Below, one piece after another: positions 50,772-64,000 of a stretch of DNA of 64,000 nucleotides. The stretch's first letter is position 1, and every line of letters starts with the position of its first letter. The translations under genes and the position numbers were made by a program. Below the pieces are notes generated by a model. That model saw only the letters and a list, made by a program, of their open reading frames with translations, did not search any database and was not told where the DNA came from. The stretch comes from Eledone cirrhosa (taxonomy: Eukaryota): positions 33,790,001 through 33,854,000 of the forward strand of contig OZ024754.1 in the NCBI GenBank assembly GCA_964016885.1, given 5' to 3'.

Positions 50772-53700
50772 CACTTAGCACCATTTGGTTCCTCAATAGA
50801 CATGTGTTACTGACAACTTTACCATCAAGTTAAGATTTGGTCTCTTTCACAATTTAATTTATGTAAATGTTTTTTTTATTTCGAAAGCACAACGTTGATC
50901 TGTTCTTGCTGAAAGTTCTAACTTTTACAGGAATTATTTCAACTTTTCTACAAAACATTCCAAAATATTTATTTTCTGTTAATTCAGTATTATATTAAAA
51001 TTTGTTTTTACTTCACAAAATCATTCTTATTTAATGGTAAATAAAAAAAAATTGGATCAAATGGTTATATAGGACCTCAGTATATATTTCTTAAACCTTA
51101 AAAAGAAAAATTAGATTTTCTAATTGTCAAAGACTGTAAAATTTATTTAAATGATTAATTTTTACATGTGTTTATTTTATTTGTATTTATTTATCAGCCT
51201 AAATATTATTTATGTACATGCCAGCATACTTTTCTGCTGTTTTGTATTATTTCAATGTACACTTTGAAAAATACTGTTTCTGTATTGTTTTAGTTATTAC
51301 AAAATCAAAAATTATTATTAGTAATATAAAATAACAGGGTAGTAGATTGGCAAAACCCTTAGGGTATCAGACAAATTGATGCGTGGTATTTGTTCCAGTT
51401 TTTACATTCTGAGTTCAAATCCAACCAAGCTCAACTTTGCCTTTCATCCTTCCGAGGTCAATAAAATAAAACACCAGTAATGTACTAGAGGTTGGTTTAA
51501 TTGATTTTTTCCTCCCCACAAAATTACTGGCATTGTGCCTAAATCAGAAAAAAAGCATTATTACAAAATTATTGTATTTTCATTATTTTAATCCTTTATT
51601 CTATATGATTACATTTTTTAAATTCTCAAAATTTAGGAGTGATCAAATGATTTTGTATCAGTTATGATCACGGTTTTTTTTAATTTTATTTATATAAATA
51701 GCTTGAATTTGGATTGTTTTAAAAGTAGTATTTAAAAAGAAATTAATTCATAAAATATTCCTACGTGTTAGTTCTTTTGGTAAAGGACTAATTATCTAAA
51801 TTGTTAGCATGGTATATTATAAAAGTGTAATATAAAGTATATTATAAGATTTATTACATGATCAAAATATTTATGTGAAACTCAATATGTAAGAAAATCT
51901 TTTTGTTTTAATATGCGCATGACCTAGTGGGTTGTGTGTTGTGTTCTTGAGCAAAACACTTCATTTCACGTTGCTCCAGTATACTCAGCTGAAAATGAGT
52001 ACCAGCAGTAGCTGGAGGTTTAACCCTGTGATGGACTGGCGTCCTGCCCAGGGAAGAGTCTTGTACTTTCAGTCGCTTCATGCCACGGAAGCCAGGATAA
52101 ACACCAGCCTGGTGAACCTCTGGGCTTGAGCCAAACTTTAGACTATGTTGAGACCATAGTAGAATAACATGTTAATAGAATCCAAGGTAGCAAATTAGCA
52201 GAGTCGTTAGAACATTGGATAGAATCCTATGGGGTATTTTTCCGGCTCTCTGCATTCTGAATCCAAATCCCACCGAGGTCAATATTGCTGTTCATCCTTT
52301 CAAGGTCAATAAATAAAATACCAGTTCAATTCTGGGGATAGACTCTTCCTATATATCTCACTTCTCTTTCTATTTCTCTGGAAGAAATTGGCTGTGTTCT
52401 GATCTTGAGAGGGATGGGCCCTGACAATTTTAAATGCCCAAGGCACAACATATCACAACAGTGCTCCTACAAACTCAGGAGTTAAAGACCCATAGATGGA
52501 CTAATAGAATACAAGATACAAATACCATTATATCTAATACATTTTGTGCATTGGTAAAGGTTTATTGAAATATGTTTAACTCTTTTGTTACCATATTTCT
52601 ACTGAAAGACACTGTCTAGATTTGGGAATCATTTTGAAAAAAAGAATTTGAAGAAATTTAGTAACTAACTTTTTCATTATTTAGCTGGTGTTTAGAGCAT
52701 AACATAACAAATGTTCTTATATCAAATTATGATGGAAGGTTTTTAGACACATTCAAATATTTTAAAACAAACAGCTTTGATTTCAAGCAGGGGTGATTTC
52801 AGGTGGTTTGGTATCAAAAGGATTAATTTGTATTCATCCACTTTAGTTTTTATTGGAAATTTATATAAATTCATATATGGACAATCTATTTTAACATATA
52901 TTCTTAAACTGGGCCATTGATAGTTTTATAAAAATAGATATAAACAAAGGGTTGGTTTTCTCTTGATTAAGGGAAGGTGCATGGCCTAGTGGTTAGGGTG
53001 TTGGACCCATGATCCAAATACAGGCTTTATAATGAGACAGGATCAGTCAATGCATTGTGTTCTTGAGGAAGACACTTAATTTCACATTGCTTTTCATGAC
53101 AGAACTGAGGCCCCTACCTTTAAAACACCCAAGAAACCCTCTCTGAGAAGCAACCTTGTAGGAGGCCAGTTAAACCTGTGTGAGTGTGAGCTATCAATTC
53201 CATTCCGCTATTGGCTGAGTTTGGTATTGCTCTTTTTATTTTATTATACATTGATCATCATCATCATTGTTTAACATTTGTTTTCTCATTTAGCAAAGGT
53301 TGGATGGGTCATCACAGAGCAAGTCAAAGCTACCATCCTCACAGATGGGCCAGGGTCTTATACATGTCCCTATATTCTACAAAGTGTACAGGGTGCATTT
53401 TATAGAACCAGCATTAGGATGGTTGTCATGCTCTTGACATAACTGAAGAGTCTTATCATGCCTGTTTTGCAAATTTTCTTTGACTTGATGCCCTTCCTAA
53501 CAGCAACCATTTTACAGAGTATACTAAGTGTCTTTTATCATGGCACCAGCATGATCTGAACAAAAAGTTAAGTGAATATTTTAGAATATTTTATTTTTGC
53601 AATCTCACCTTAATAGATTTTCTTTCCGCAGTTAACTCTTAACATCCTGTACCACATGATACCACATTAACAAGACCAAACATCATTACGACTACATCAC

Positions 53701-56139
53701 ATTAAAAATTAGACATTAGTTGAATATTTCAGATTTTCAGAATGATCTGTTCTCTAGCAAATATTCTATCAACATTTGAATTCATTCTTTCGTTACCCTA
53801 CTTTTAATGAAAGACACTGCCTATGATTGTTAGATAATTTTGAAAATAAGCAAGAATTTGAAGAGATTTAGTAAATATAACTAACGTTCTCATTATTAAG
53901 TTGGTGTTTGGAGCATAACTTAAGGATTCTTACATATAATTATGTTGGAAGATTTTTAGATGCATATAAACACTTTAAAGAAATGGTGAATTGGCAGAGT
54001 TGTTAGATTGTAGGATATAATGCTTTGCAGTATTTTTTCTGGTTCGCTATACTCTAGGTTCACATCCTGTCAAGATCAACTCTCTGCCTTTCAAGGTCAA
54101 TAAAAATAAAGTACCAGTGCAGTACTTGGGCCAATTCCCCACCCCTCTCTCTCTGAAAGAAATTGACTATGTTCAGACTTGGAGATGGGATGGGCTCTGC
54201 TAGGTTTAAAATGCCCCCAACATGCTGCATGTCATGACAGCACACCTATGATTTTATATCTAAAAACACTTTGAAAAACTATTTTTTAGATATTCTCTGC
54301 TAAATCATTCAAGATGTTAAGAGTTAACCATCATCATTTAACGTCCATTTTCCCTGCTAGCAAGGATATCAACTCCTCATTAAATCAATCTTGAAAGATA
54401 TTAATCCCTATTCTAGTTCTAAGAACTTTATTTTCCATTTTATGTTATTTTCTACATAGAGATACAAAGTAATATTGAGGTGAAAGTTCTGTACATCATC
54501 ATCATCATCATCATCATCATCATTGTCATCATTTTATGTTCCCTTATCCATACTGACATGGGTTGGACATCATTACAAACCAAGCCAGTATTTAATCAGA
54601 GCTGCTGTCCTTCAAGATGTGTTGGGATAATCACATCTCACTTAAAACGATTTTTTTTTTTTTTTTGCATGGTTTCTAAAGCTCACTGCCCTTTCTAACA
54701 CAACCACTTTACAAAGTGCACTGGGTATATTTTATCATGTTATGAGCACTAGGGAGGTTGTCATGACCTTGACATGACTAAAGAGACCTCTATTTGCCTT
54801 CTTTTTTTTTTTGCATTGCTTTTATGGCTGGCTCCCCTTCTTAATGTCAATTACATTGGTATATTATAGGCATAATCAACATAGACAAAGTTTTCTAATT
54901 TGTGATTATTTAAGCCTTATACCATCTCAAATTGATGGAGTATTTTCCAGCAATACATTCTAGATCAAACAGTTAATTATATCTCTTTAAAGGGAGGGTC
55001 TTCAAAATTCCTGAACATTCCACACACAAAATTATTTTATCAATATCTTCTATCATAATTTTCCTCTATTCTTTCAACCCACAAACCTTTATATCTTATT
55101 TCATGTGGAAAGCATGTGGCTTAGTGGTTAGAGAATTGGACTCACAGTTATGAGGTTGCGAGTTCGATTCCTGGGGACCAGGCAATGCATTATGGCCTTG
55201 AGCAAGACAGTTTATTTTTCACTGCTTCTTCTGCCAAGTATTGTGACCTGCAGATAGTATCAGCAATGGAAACATTGTTTCCTTGGTCTGATTTGATAAG
55301 GTCCACCTCACTCAATAAGTGAATAAGGTCTGGGATCTTGTTAGTCAACATCCTTTAAGTTCAAACATACAAATGTTAAAACCCATTTAATTTCTCTGTT
55401 ATTTCCATTCTTCTTCTAAAATGTACTATTGTGAAGGATCCTCGATAGATTTAAAAAATAAGCATTCAGTCATTCCATTAATAGAACATTCAACCCATGA
55501 ATTAACATGTAAGTGGTTGAGTGTTTCACATGTGTACCCTTAATGTAATTCCCAGGTAGAATCAGCATGACATATGTAATGATGTAACAAAGCTCTACCT
55601 TTACAATCCATCCAACTGACTTCCACCCAGTTAGTCTCTACTTATTTTCCCTTACAAGGCTTGGGTCAATCTGAGGTTATGGTCAAGACACTTGACCAAA
55701 ATACCATGCAGTGGATTTGAACCTAAGATATGATTGTGAAACAAACTGCTTGACCATTTGGCCATATTGTGTCCACACCTGTAGTACTTATGTTGACTGT
55801 TGACAACATTGAGTGTAAAGAATCTATAACTACACCATTTTCTTTGTGCTGCTGCACAAAACATTAATAATAAATATATTGAATTGATCATCATAGGGAA
55901 AAATTCATAACAAACTGATGTAGTTTCATTAATATACAGCATATATACAAAGGCAGTGGATTGGCAGTGTTGGTAGAGCACCGGACACCATGCTTTGCAG
56001 AATATAGTTACATCCCTTTATGTTCACAGTTCAAATCCTGCCAAGGTTAGCCTTGCCATTCATCCTTATGGGATTGATAAAATAAAGTACCAGTCAAATA
56101 CTGGGAGTGAATGTAATCAACTTTCCCCTTCTTTTTCGC

Positions 56140-56525
56140 CCACTTATTCCTGAGAGGGTCGTGGGGACAGAGTCCTCAAACACTCCTTCCAGCGGGTCCT
56201 GTCAGAAGCAACTGTCTCCAGTGGATCCGGCTGGATCCCCTTGCGAGACCAGTTGAGCTCATGGATGTTATCCAACCATCTTGCATGGGATCTACTCCTG
56301 GGTCTCCTCCCAGTTGGTTTTGCCCATAAAATCTGTCCAGCAATTCTTTCCTGGGACATTCTAACCACATGCCCCTAGTATCAGAGCTGTGATCTCTCAA
56401 TTCAGTGAAGTAGCGACTCTACCTGGAGCGACTCTCTGATCTCCATGCTAAGCACTCTATCAAGTAACGTTACTCCAAAGACCCTTCATAGGAATCCCAT
56501 TTCGGTTGCTTGCATTTGCGACTTC
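56140..56525 (-). mobile_element. RTE-like LINE 3' fragment (different subfamily) nested in a SINE-A copy
   Basis: RMSQERIAGQILWAKPTGRRPRSR..ARWLDNI...DRTRWK; the same 3' end recurs at 63898-64000. Confidence 0.75.
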
Positions 56526-57259
56526 CCTCTCCCACCTAAAATAATTGCCAGCCTTATGCCTAAATTAGAAACCATTGTTTCACTGCATTGTAATATTTGC
56601 ACAATATATCATGTTCCTTAGTAGGATAGCTTACTTTTTTGTTTCTTCTCAGGGTAGAATTAATATATTCATAATCAAACCCTTTTGTGACCCTATTTCT
56701 AACAAGAATATTATTCTGCCTTTGTGCTTTATCAAAATAATCAAGAATTATAAGAGGCTTAGTGAAATAACTGTATTTTCAACTTAAATAGTGCTGACAA
56801 ACCTTGAACTTCCGCCTATGTATTTAACCACTGCCTATAAACTCCTTACCACTAAGCCACCAAAATATATAACTTTCAACTTAATAATAAAAGATAAATA
56901 CTCAACAACTGAAATCGAATATTATCTATTATGTAATAATGAGATTTCAGTTCAAGATTTAAATTTAAATTTGAATACTTTAGTAGAGGTGGTTTCAAGT
57001 GGGTTGGTGTTTAAAGGGTTAGTGTAAAACATAGTGTGAAAATTTCAAATCCTGTTAAAGTTTCTTTCTTATTCTCTATTGTATTTATGAAAAGGATTTT
57101 TTTTTTTTTAATCTCCTGTCATGTATTAATGTTCACTGTAAAACATAACATGAAGGTTCATATCTAATTAAAACTAAGTACTCTATTCTATATTGTTGTT
57201 TCTTTTGTTTTTTTACTACCTGTAAATATATGTTTTAATATCTTTCTGATGGCCTGTTT

Positions 57260-59290
57260 CCTAAATTTGTGGAAGATCTAGAGAAGAAAATCCAATTGTG
57301 CAAGCAAAACATGGAATCAAAAGGGCTCAGAGTAAACTTAACAAAAACTAAAGTTTTAATAAGTAAAAAAGAAGACAAGATTCCAATTATCATCATCATC
57401 ATTAGGTGCCAGGTCTATTCCAGACATTGCTGATCATGGCTCACACATTAACCACCCATATTGTAAACTAAGTAATACTAAATGGTGTTATACCAAACGA
57501 CAGGCGCAGCAGCATCGTTGTCAAAAGCTACAAGGATAAAGGAGATGCACTAGATAGAGGAAACTATAGAGGCTTCAAGTTGATTGATCAGGTCATGAAA
57601 GTAACAGAAAGAGTTATATCACAGCTGAATAAGGACCAGGTAAATCTAGATGAGATGCAGCTTGGATTTGTACCAAGCAAAAGCACCACAGATACTCTCT
57701 TCCTGGTGAAGCAGCTACAGAAAAAGTACTTAGCTAAAAGTAAGCCACTCTCCCTGGCATTTGTTGATCTGGAGAAAGCTTGAAAGCTTTTGACAGAGTG
57801 CCCCGTGCCATAATCTGGTGGGCTCTTAGAAAACTAGGAGTAGATGAGTGGCTTGTGAAGGTTGTACAAGCCATGTATAGGGGAGCAGTCAACAACTATA
57901 GCAAGGAATTTAGTGTACAGGTTGGCGTCCACCAGGGCTATGTTCTTGACTCTCTTCTGTTTATTATTGTACGGGGTTGATAAAATAAAGTACCAGTAAT
58001 GCACTGGGTAATTGCTGGCCTTGTGCCTAAAGTAGAAACAATTATTGTACTGCAGGCTAAAACAGAGGATTTTAAGACCAGCTGCCCATGGAAACTCCTG
58101 TTTGTGGATGATCTTACATTCATAGTGGAGTCTATGATGGAACTAGAGAAGAAATTCCAAACATAGAAACAAGGGGTCTTAAAGTCAACCTGACAAAGAC
58201 TAAGGTCTTAGTAATTAGAAGACAAAACAGAACCCTGATCCCCTCAGGGAAATGGCCTTGCTCAATGTGTAGAAAAGGTATAAGATAGAAATTTCATCTT
58301 CTGTCCCAAATTCAAACTATGAATACACAAGAGATGTAGTGGGATCTCAGAAAGTTTAGCTAAGAATGTAGGTTTTACATGTAGCAGTTGCACCGGGGCA
58401 GTAAGCAGGAAACAAGCGCTATCAAATTCTGGGAAGGTTCGGTAGAAGCAGTAAACAGCTTCTGCTTCTTGGGTGACCAAATTAGCAGCGGAGGTGGGTG
58501 TTCTGAAAGTAGAGCAGCCAGAGTGAGAACGGAATGGAAGAAGTTCAGGGAGCTATTACCACTGCTAGCTACAAAAGGATTTTTCCCTCAAAATGAAAGG
58601 CACACAGTATGATGCATGCATACAAACAGCTATGTTGCATGGTAGTGAGACCTTGGTACTGTGTGCAGAAGACTTGTGTAGATTGGAAAGAAATGAAGCT
58701 TGCATGCTCCAATGGATGTGTAATAGTAATATACGTGGACAGCAAAGCATAAACGAATTAAGAGAGAAATTAGGCATAAGAGGAATCAGATGCTGTGTGC
58801 AGAAGAGATTGCATTGGTATGAACATGTGATGCACATAAAGGATGACTGCTGTATAAAAAGGTGCAGAGCGCTCAAAGTTGATAGAAGCCTTGGAGTGGG
58901 GAGACCCAGGAAGATTTGAGATGAGGTGATAAAAGCTGACCTTGCTCAATTGCACCTCTCAAAGACGATGACACAGGACCGAGATCTCTGGCATTATGCT
59001 GTAATACAGAAGACCCACCTTCCCACAGGCACAGGCTGAAACTGAAGCATATATATTGTATGCACCACTCTCCCCTACATCTCCCATGAGGACAGGTTGA
59101 AGCATACATCTAGTGAAGCCCACACTGTAAAGTGGTTGTGATGGTGACACAGCAAAAAGCACCCAGTCCACACAGTAAAGTGGTCATGTAGTTGTCACAA
59201 CAAAAAGCATTCAACCCACACTGTAAAGTGGTCATGTAGGTCTCACTGTAAATGAGGTTAGCATTGGGAAGGGCATCCAGCTGTAGGGTG
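57260..59290 (+). mobile_element. RTE-clade LINE, decayed, same family as 10205-11990, with 3' 48-bp modules
   Basis: RGNYRG, FVDLEKA, GVHQG, FVDDL, PHD remnant, MLHGSET, RLHWYEHV, GRPRK. The 3' region at 59115-59290 has ~3 modules plus GGAAGGGCATCC; SINE-A piece inserted at ~57970-58047. Confidence 0.9.
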
Positions 59291-59781
59291 GACTGGGTGC
59301 TTTTTGTACGTAAGCAACACAATCTGGTGTCTACAATTAAAAAGAAAACCCATGAAAATGAGGTTATTCAAATCAATGGTTGAGTCCATTCTCCTCTATG
59401 GAGGTGAATCATGGACACTGACAAAAACAATTACAAAAAGGATTAATGGTACATTCACCCAGATGCTGAGAAAGGTCCAGAACAAATCCTGGAGAACACA
59501 CATAGGGACTAAATCTCTATGATTCACACCTTCGCCTTTCTGACATCATAAAGTGTAGGAGGCTTGCAGTAGCTGGACAAGTCTTTGTGAATAAGATTTC
59601 TTCACCCACAAGCCTTCTCACTCTATTTTATTTCTCATTCTATCTTCTAATGAAAGACTAGTCCAAAATATTAAGACTCTTTTCCAATTATTTCAAGCAT
59701 TAAACTAATATATTTCTCCATTGTACTGTGTTGTTTGCTTTGTTATTTCTGTTTACTTTTTACACACACACACATATATAT

Positions 59782-59849
59782 AGGTTGTCCTGTAGGAAAC
59801 CCCAGTTTTCCTCTGTTATATCTCTCTATGTGTGTGTGTGTGTGTGTGT

Positions 59850-59882
<33 letters not shown>

Positions 59883-59979
59883 GCGGACGTAAAATGATGA
59901 TGATCATATATATATATACACACACACACATGGAGAGATATAACATAGAGGAAAACTGGGGTTTCCTACCGGACAACCT
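59782..59979. repeat. inverted repeat (~60-bp arms) around a (CAT)n/SINE-tail spacer
   Basis: AGGTTGTCCTGTAGGAAACCCCAGTTTTCCTCT pairs with AGAGGAAAACTGGGGTTTCCTACCGGACAACCT. Confidence 0.85.
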
Positions 59980-60029
59980 GCTGGGAGCCACAAGCCAGGC
60001 CTGTAGCTGAAGCAAGGTCCCAGTAAGAT

Positions 60030-60835
60030 AGACGATGATGTGGTGTTGGAAAATAAGGTAGAGCCATAAAAACAAAAAGAGAAGACTGGAGGAAAGGAGG
60101 AGACAGGGAGAAATACGAAACAGCTAGAAGAGAGGTCAGGTACCATGTATACCTAGCAAGGAGAGGCAGAAAAGAAGAATTTGCTCATGTTCTGCATCGC
60201 AAAGATCAAAGACTTGAAGTGTTTCAGATTGTGACACAGTGTACTAGAGAAAATCGTAATATGGTTAGAGAAAAGGCTGTTCGAAATGATAGTAGAGCAC
60301 TTGCTCCTATACCATTTGGTATAGTTGCTGAGATGCTAAAAACATCTGGGGTGATAGGATATGCACTAGTCCGATGCATAGTTAATCAAGTAGTATAAGA
60401 AGCGGTCATACCCAGTAACTGGCACAACACTATCATAAATTACTACAAGTGCAAAGGAGATTCATTATAGAGAAGTAACTACAGAGGCATCAAGTTGTCA
60501 TGAAAGGGTTATAGCACATTAGGAACAGAATTAAGTTAGATGAGATGCAGTTTGTATTTATGCCTGGTAGGGGTACTACTGATGTTCTCTTTCAGGTGAG
60601 ACAACTACATGAAAGGTACTTGGCTAAGAGTAAGCCACTGTATTTGGCTTTTGTAGATATGGAGAAGGCCTTTGACTGAGTCCTATGCTCTGTAATCTAG
60701 TGGGCACTTAGGAAGCTAGGTGTAGATGAATGGCTTGTGAGGGCCATGCAAGCTATGTATGAAGAAGTAACCAGCAGGGTGAGAGCTGGAAGTGAGTTCA
60801 CAAGGACTCAGTCTTCAGTCCATTTCTGTTTATCT
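60030..60835 (+). mobile_element. RTE LINE internal fragment, heavily decayed
   Basis: Nucleotide similarity to 13374-14400 (NYRGIKL, LDEMQF, LYLAFVDMEKAFD). Confidence 0.8.
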
Positions 60836-61269
60836 GTGTGTGTGTGTGGATATATATCCTTTTCATCTTTTAACTTACAACTTCTTCATTTTTCAACTTC
60901 TTAACTTTATATGATAAGCTCCTATGAAGCAGGTTCCTGGGTGGCAGATAGGGAAATTACCTTGTAATTGGGTTAACTGTGAATACCGGCATAAGCAACC
61001 CCAAACTAAATGACAGGTGCCCTTTTGGCAAGGCCTAGCACATGGAAGCTACGCTTGCTAGGATTACGTGCAAAGACATTAGCAACAGGATGTTGGATGT
61101 GACCAGCGACAAAATCTAATAAACCAGACTTGGCATTGTATCACAATGGTATCATGTAAATGATCGATCATGTTGAACAATGGATGAGAGCTAAACATTC
61201 TGAATTAGATAGATACTGTGAGATCACCGAGTAGAGCCTTATGTTTCCTACTACTTGAGGACAATCGAT

Positions 61270-62812
61270 TAGAGCTAAACATTCCAAGTTAGATAGATAC
61301 TGCAAGAATACACATGCCTTTTGTTTCCTATTACTAGGGGACAAAAGTTGAGATACTGCAAGATCACACATGCCTTTTGTTTCCTATTACTAGGGGACAA
61401 CAGATGAGATACTGCAAGATCACACATGCCTTTTGTTTCCTATTACTAGGGGACAACAGATGAGATACTGCAAGAACACGCATGCCTTTTGTTTCCTATT
61501 ACTAGGGGACAAAAGATGAGATACTGCAAGAACACGCATGTCTTTTGTTTCCTATTACCAGGGGACAAAAGTTGAGATACTGCAAGATCACACATGCCTT
61601 TTGTTTCCTATTACTAGGGGACAAAAGATGAGATACTGCAAGAACACGCATGCCTTTTGTTTCCTATTACTAGGGAACAACAGATGAGATAATGCAAGAA
61701 CACACATGCCTTTTGTTTCCTATTACTAGGGGACAAAAGATGAGATACTGCAAGAACACACATGCCTTTTGTTTCCTATTACTAGGGAACAACAGATGAG
61801 ATAATGCAAGAACACACATGCCTTTTGTTTCCTATTACTAGGGAACAACAGATGAGATAATGCAAGAACACACATGCCTTTTGTTTCCTATTACTAGGAG
61901 ACAAAAGTTGAGATACTGCAAGAACACATGCCTTTTGTTTCCTATTACTAGGGGACAAAAGTTGAGATACTGCAAGAACACGCATGCCTTTTGTTTCCTA
62001 TTACTAGGAGACAAAAGTTGAGATACTGCAAGAACACACATGCCTTTTGTTTCCTATTACTAGGGAACAACAGATGAGATAATGCAAGAACACGCATGCC
62101 TTTTGTTTCCTATTACTAGGGGACAAAAGATGAGATACTGCAAGAACACACATGCCTTTTGTTTCCTATTACTAGGGGACAAAAGTTGAGATAATGCAAG
62201 AACACACATGCCTTTTGTTTCCTATTACTAGGAGACAAAAGTTGAGATACTGCAAGAACACATGCCTTTTGTTTCCTATTACTAGGAGACAAAAGTTGAG
62301 ATACTGCAAGAACACGCATGCCTTTTGTTTCCTATTACTAGGAGACAAAAGTTGAGATACTGCAAGAACACACATGCCTTTTGTTTCCTATTACTAGGGA
62401 ACAACAGATGAGATAATGCAAGAACACGCATGCCTTTTGTTTCCTATTACTAGGAGACAAAAGTTGAGATACTGCAAGAACACACATGCCTTTTGTTTCC
62501 TATTACTAGGGGACAACAGATGAGATAATGCAAGAACACACATGCCTTTTGTTTCCTATTACTAGGGAACAACAGATGAGATAATGCAAGAACACGCATG
62601 CCTTTTGTTTCCTATTACTAGGGGACAAAAGTTGAGATAATGCAAGAACACACATGCCTTTTGTTTCCTATTACTAGGGAACAACAGATGAGATAATGCA
62701 AGAACACACATGCCTTTTGTTTCCTATTACTAGGGGACAAAAGTTGAGATAATGCAAGAACACACATGCCTTTTGTTTCCTATTACCAGGGGACAAAAGT
62801 TGAGATACTAGG
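61270..62812. repeat. 56-bp tandem repeat, ~27 copies
   Basis: Unit GAGATACTGCAAGAACACACATGCCTTTTGTTTCCTATTACTAGGGGACAAAAGTT with a few recurring variants. Confidence 0.95.
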
Positions 62813-64000
62813 AGTGTCCCACTGGACAACTGAGGATAGTATAGTTTTGGTTTATTTTTTATCAGGTAAACTGCATTTCATAATGTGAGATATTAAAAAC
62901 TATAAATATTTGTTTCCCTTTCACTATGTAGGGATTTTAGTCCATATTCCCCTGTTGATATGTGGTAAAGAGATAAAGTGATGTCCGTGCATCTTGCTAC
63001 AATTAATTTTCTTTTTCTAATAAATCATTTGGAATTTACATACACAGATCAATCAGGTACCCTTGATTTTCATTTTAATGTTTGGTACGGATATGCGATG
63101 TGCATGGATGATGATTGCTGGGTGAAAAAGTACCAGGAAATCCCAGTAAAAGGAAGCTACAGTAGAGGTAGACCAAGACCTGAGCAGAGGTGATGAGAGC
63201 TGACCTCAAAGATGATGATGATATTATGTATGGCGATTATTGCCTGAGTGAAACATCTGTGAATGTCTTGTAAAAGATTTATAAATGGCTTGTGACCCAG
63301 ATTTAGAAAGGATTTCTCTTCAGCAGATCAAAAAAAATCGACAGTAAAATTGTAGGGGGGGGGGGCATATATATACATCATCTAAACAATGTGCTGACTA
63401 ACTACCTGGGCTTATAAATGGGGTTTTGATTTTAGCCCATTTCTCAGACATAAAATAAGAGGATCAACTTATATTCGAGTATATACGTTATATAAAATTT
63501 TAGTATTGCTTTGATGAGGACTGATAATAAAATGTAAATGAAAGGTATCTGAATGATCTAATCGTTTTTGTGTCCACTTTTTTCCATGATCGCATGGGTT
63601 AGAGGTGATGTTAAGAGACAATGTTTTACAGCTGGATGTCCATCCTGATGCCAACTCTTTTAGTCGCCTCTTATAACACTCGGTGATACCAATATGACTG
63701 TTCTAAAAACTGGGACACACGGCTCTAAATTATCTATTTGGAAAAGAAAAGAAAAGGAAATATATCAATCTGGCTGGACATCACTATCTTTTTCTAGGAA
63801 TCTGCAAGAAAGCAATCTACTTTTAATAAAAGAATGCCAGTTATCTCAGAACATCAACATAGGTTATCAACTATGTCAATATAATTTACACTTCTTCACC
63901 CACTTATTCCTGAGAGGCTCGTGGGGCAGAGTCCTCAAACACTCCTTCCAGCAGGTCCAATCAGCAGCAACCATCTCCAGCTGATCCAGCTGGATCCCCT

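Overview
AT-rich, repeat-dense animal genomic DNA, most likely a coleoid cephalopod (Octopus-like; inferred from the SINE/RTE repertoire, not verified). Three host genes are supported. (1) An intronless rhodopsin-family GPCR (+, 21337-22560). (2) A complete 8-exon eIF3K gene (-, 44789 to 31547, 231 aa) that the ORF track almost misses; its third intron is U12-type. (3) An intronless BTB-BACK kelch-like gene (+, 48717-50771). The rest is mobile DNA (RTE LINEs with an internal PHD finger, a CR1 3' end, a CRE-like RLE element, two tRNA-derived SINE families, piggyBac/mariner/pogo MITEs, a Helitron-like element) and micro/minisatellites, several grown out of TE modules. The most striking unannotated signal is a set of non-coding fold-back (inverted-repeat) elements, mostly in or beside (TA)n tracts. 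Their arms carry minimal type I hammerhead ribozyme motifs on opposite strands (24.4-24.8, 26.0-26.7, 30.6-31.1, 31.1-31.3, 42.9-43.2 and 45.3-45.6 kb). They are probably Penelope-like retroelement termini, and four of them lie in or beside eIF3K. All coordinates were read by eye and repeat boundaries are approximate.
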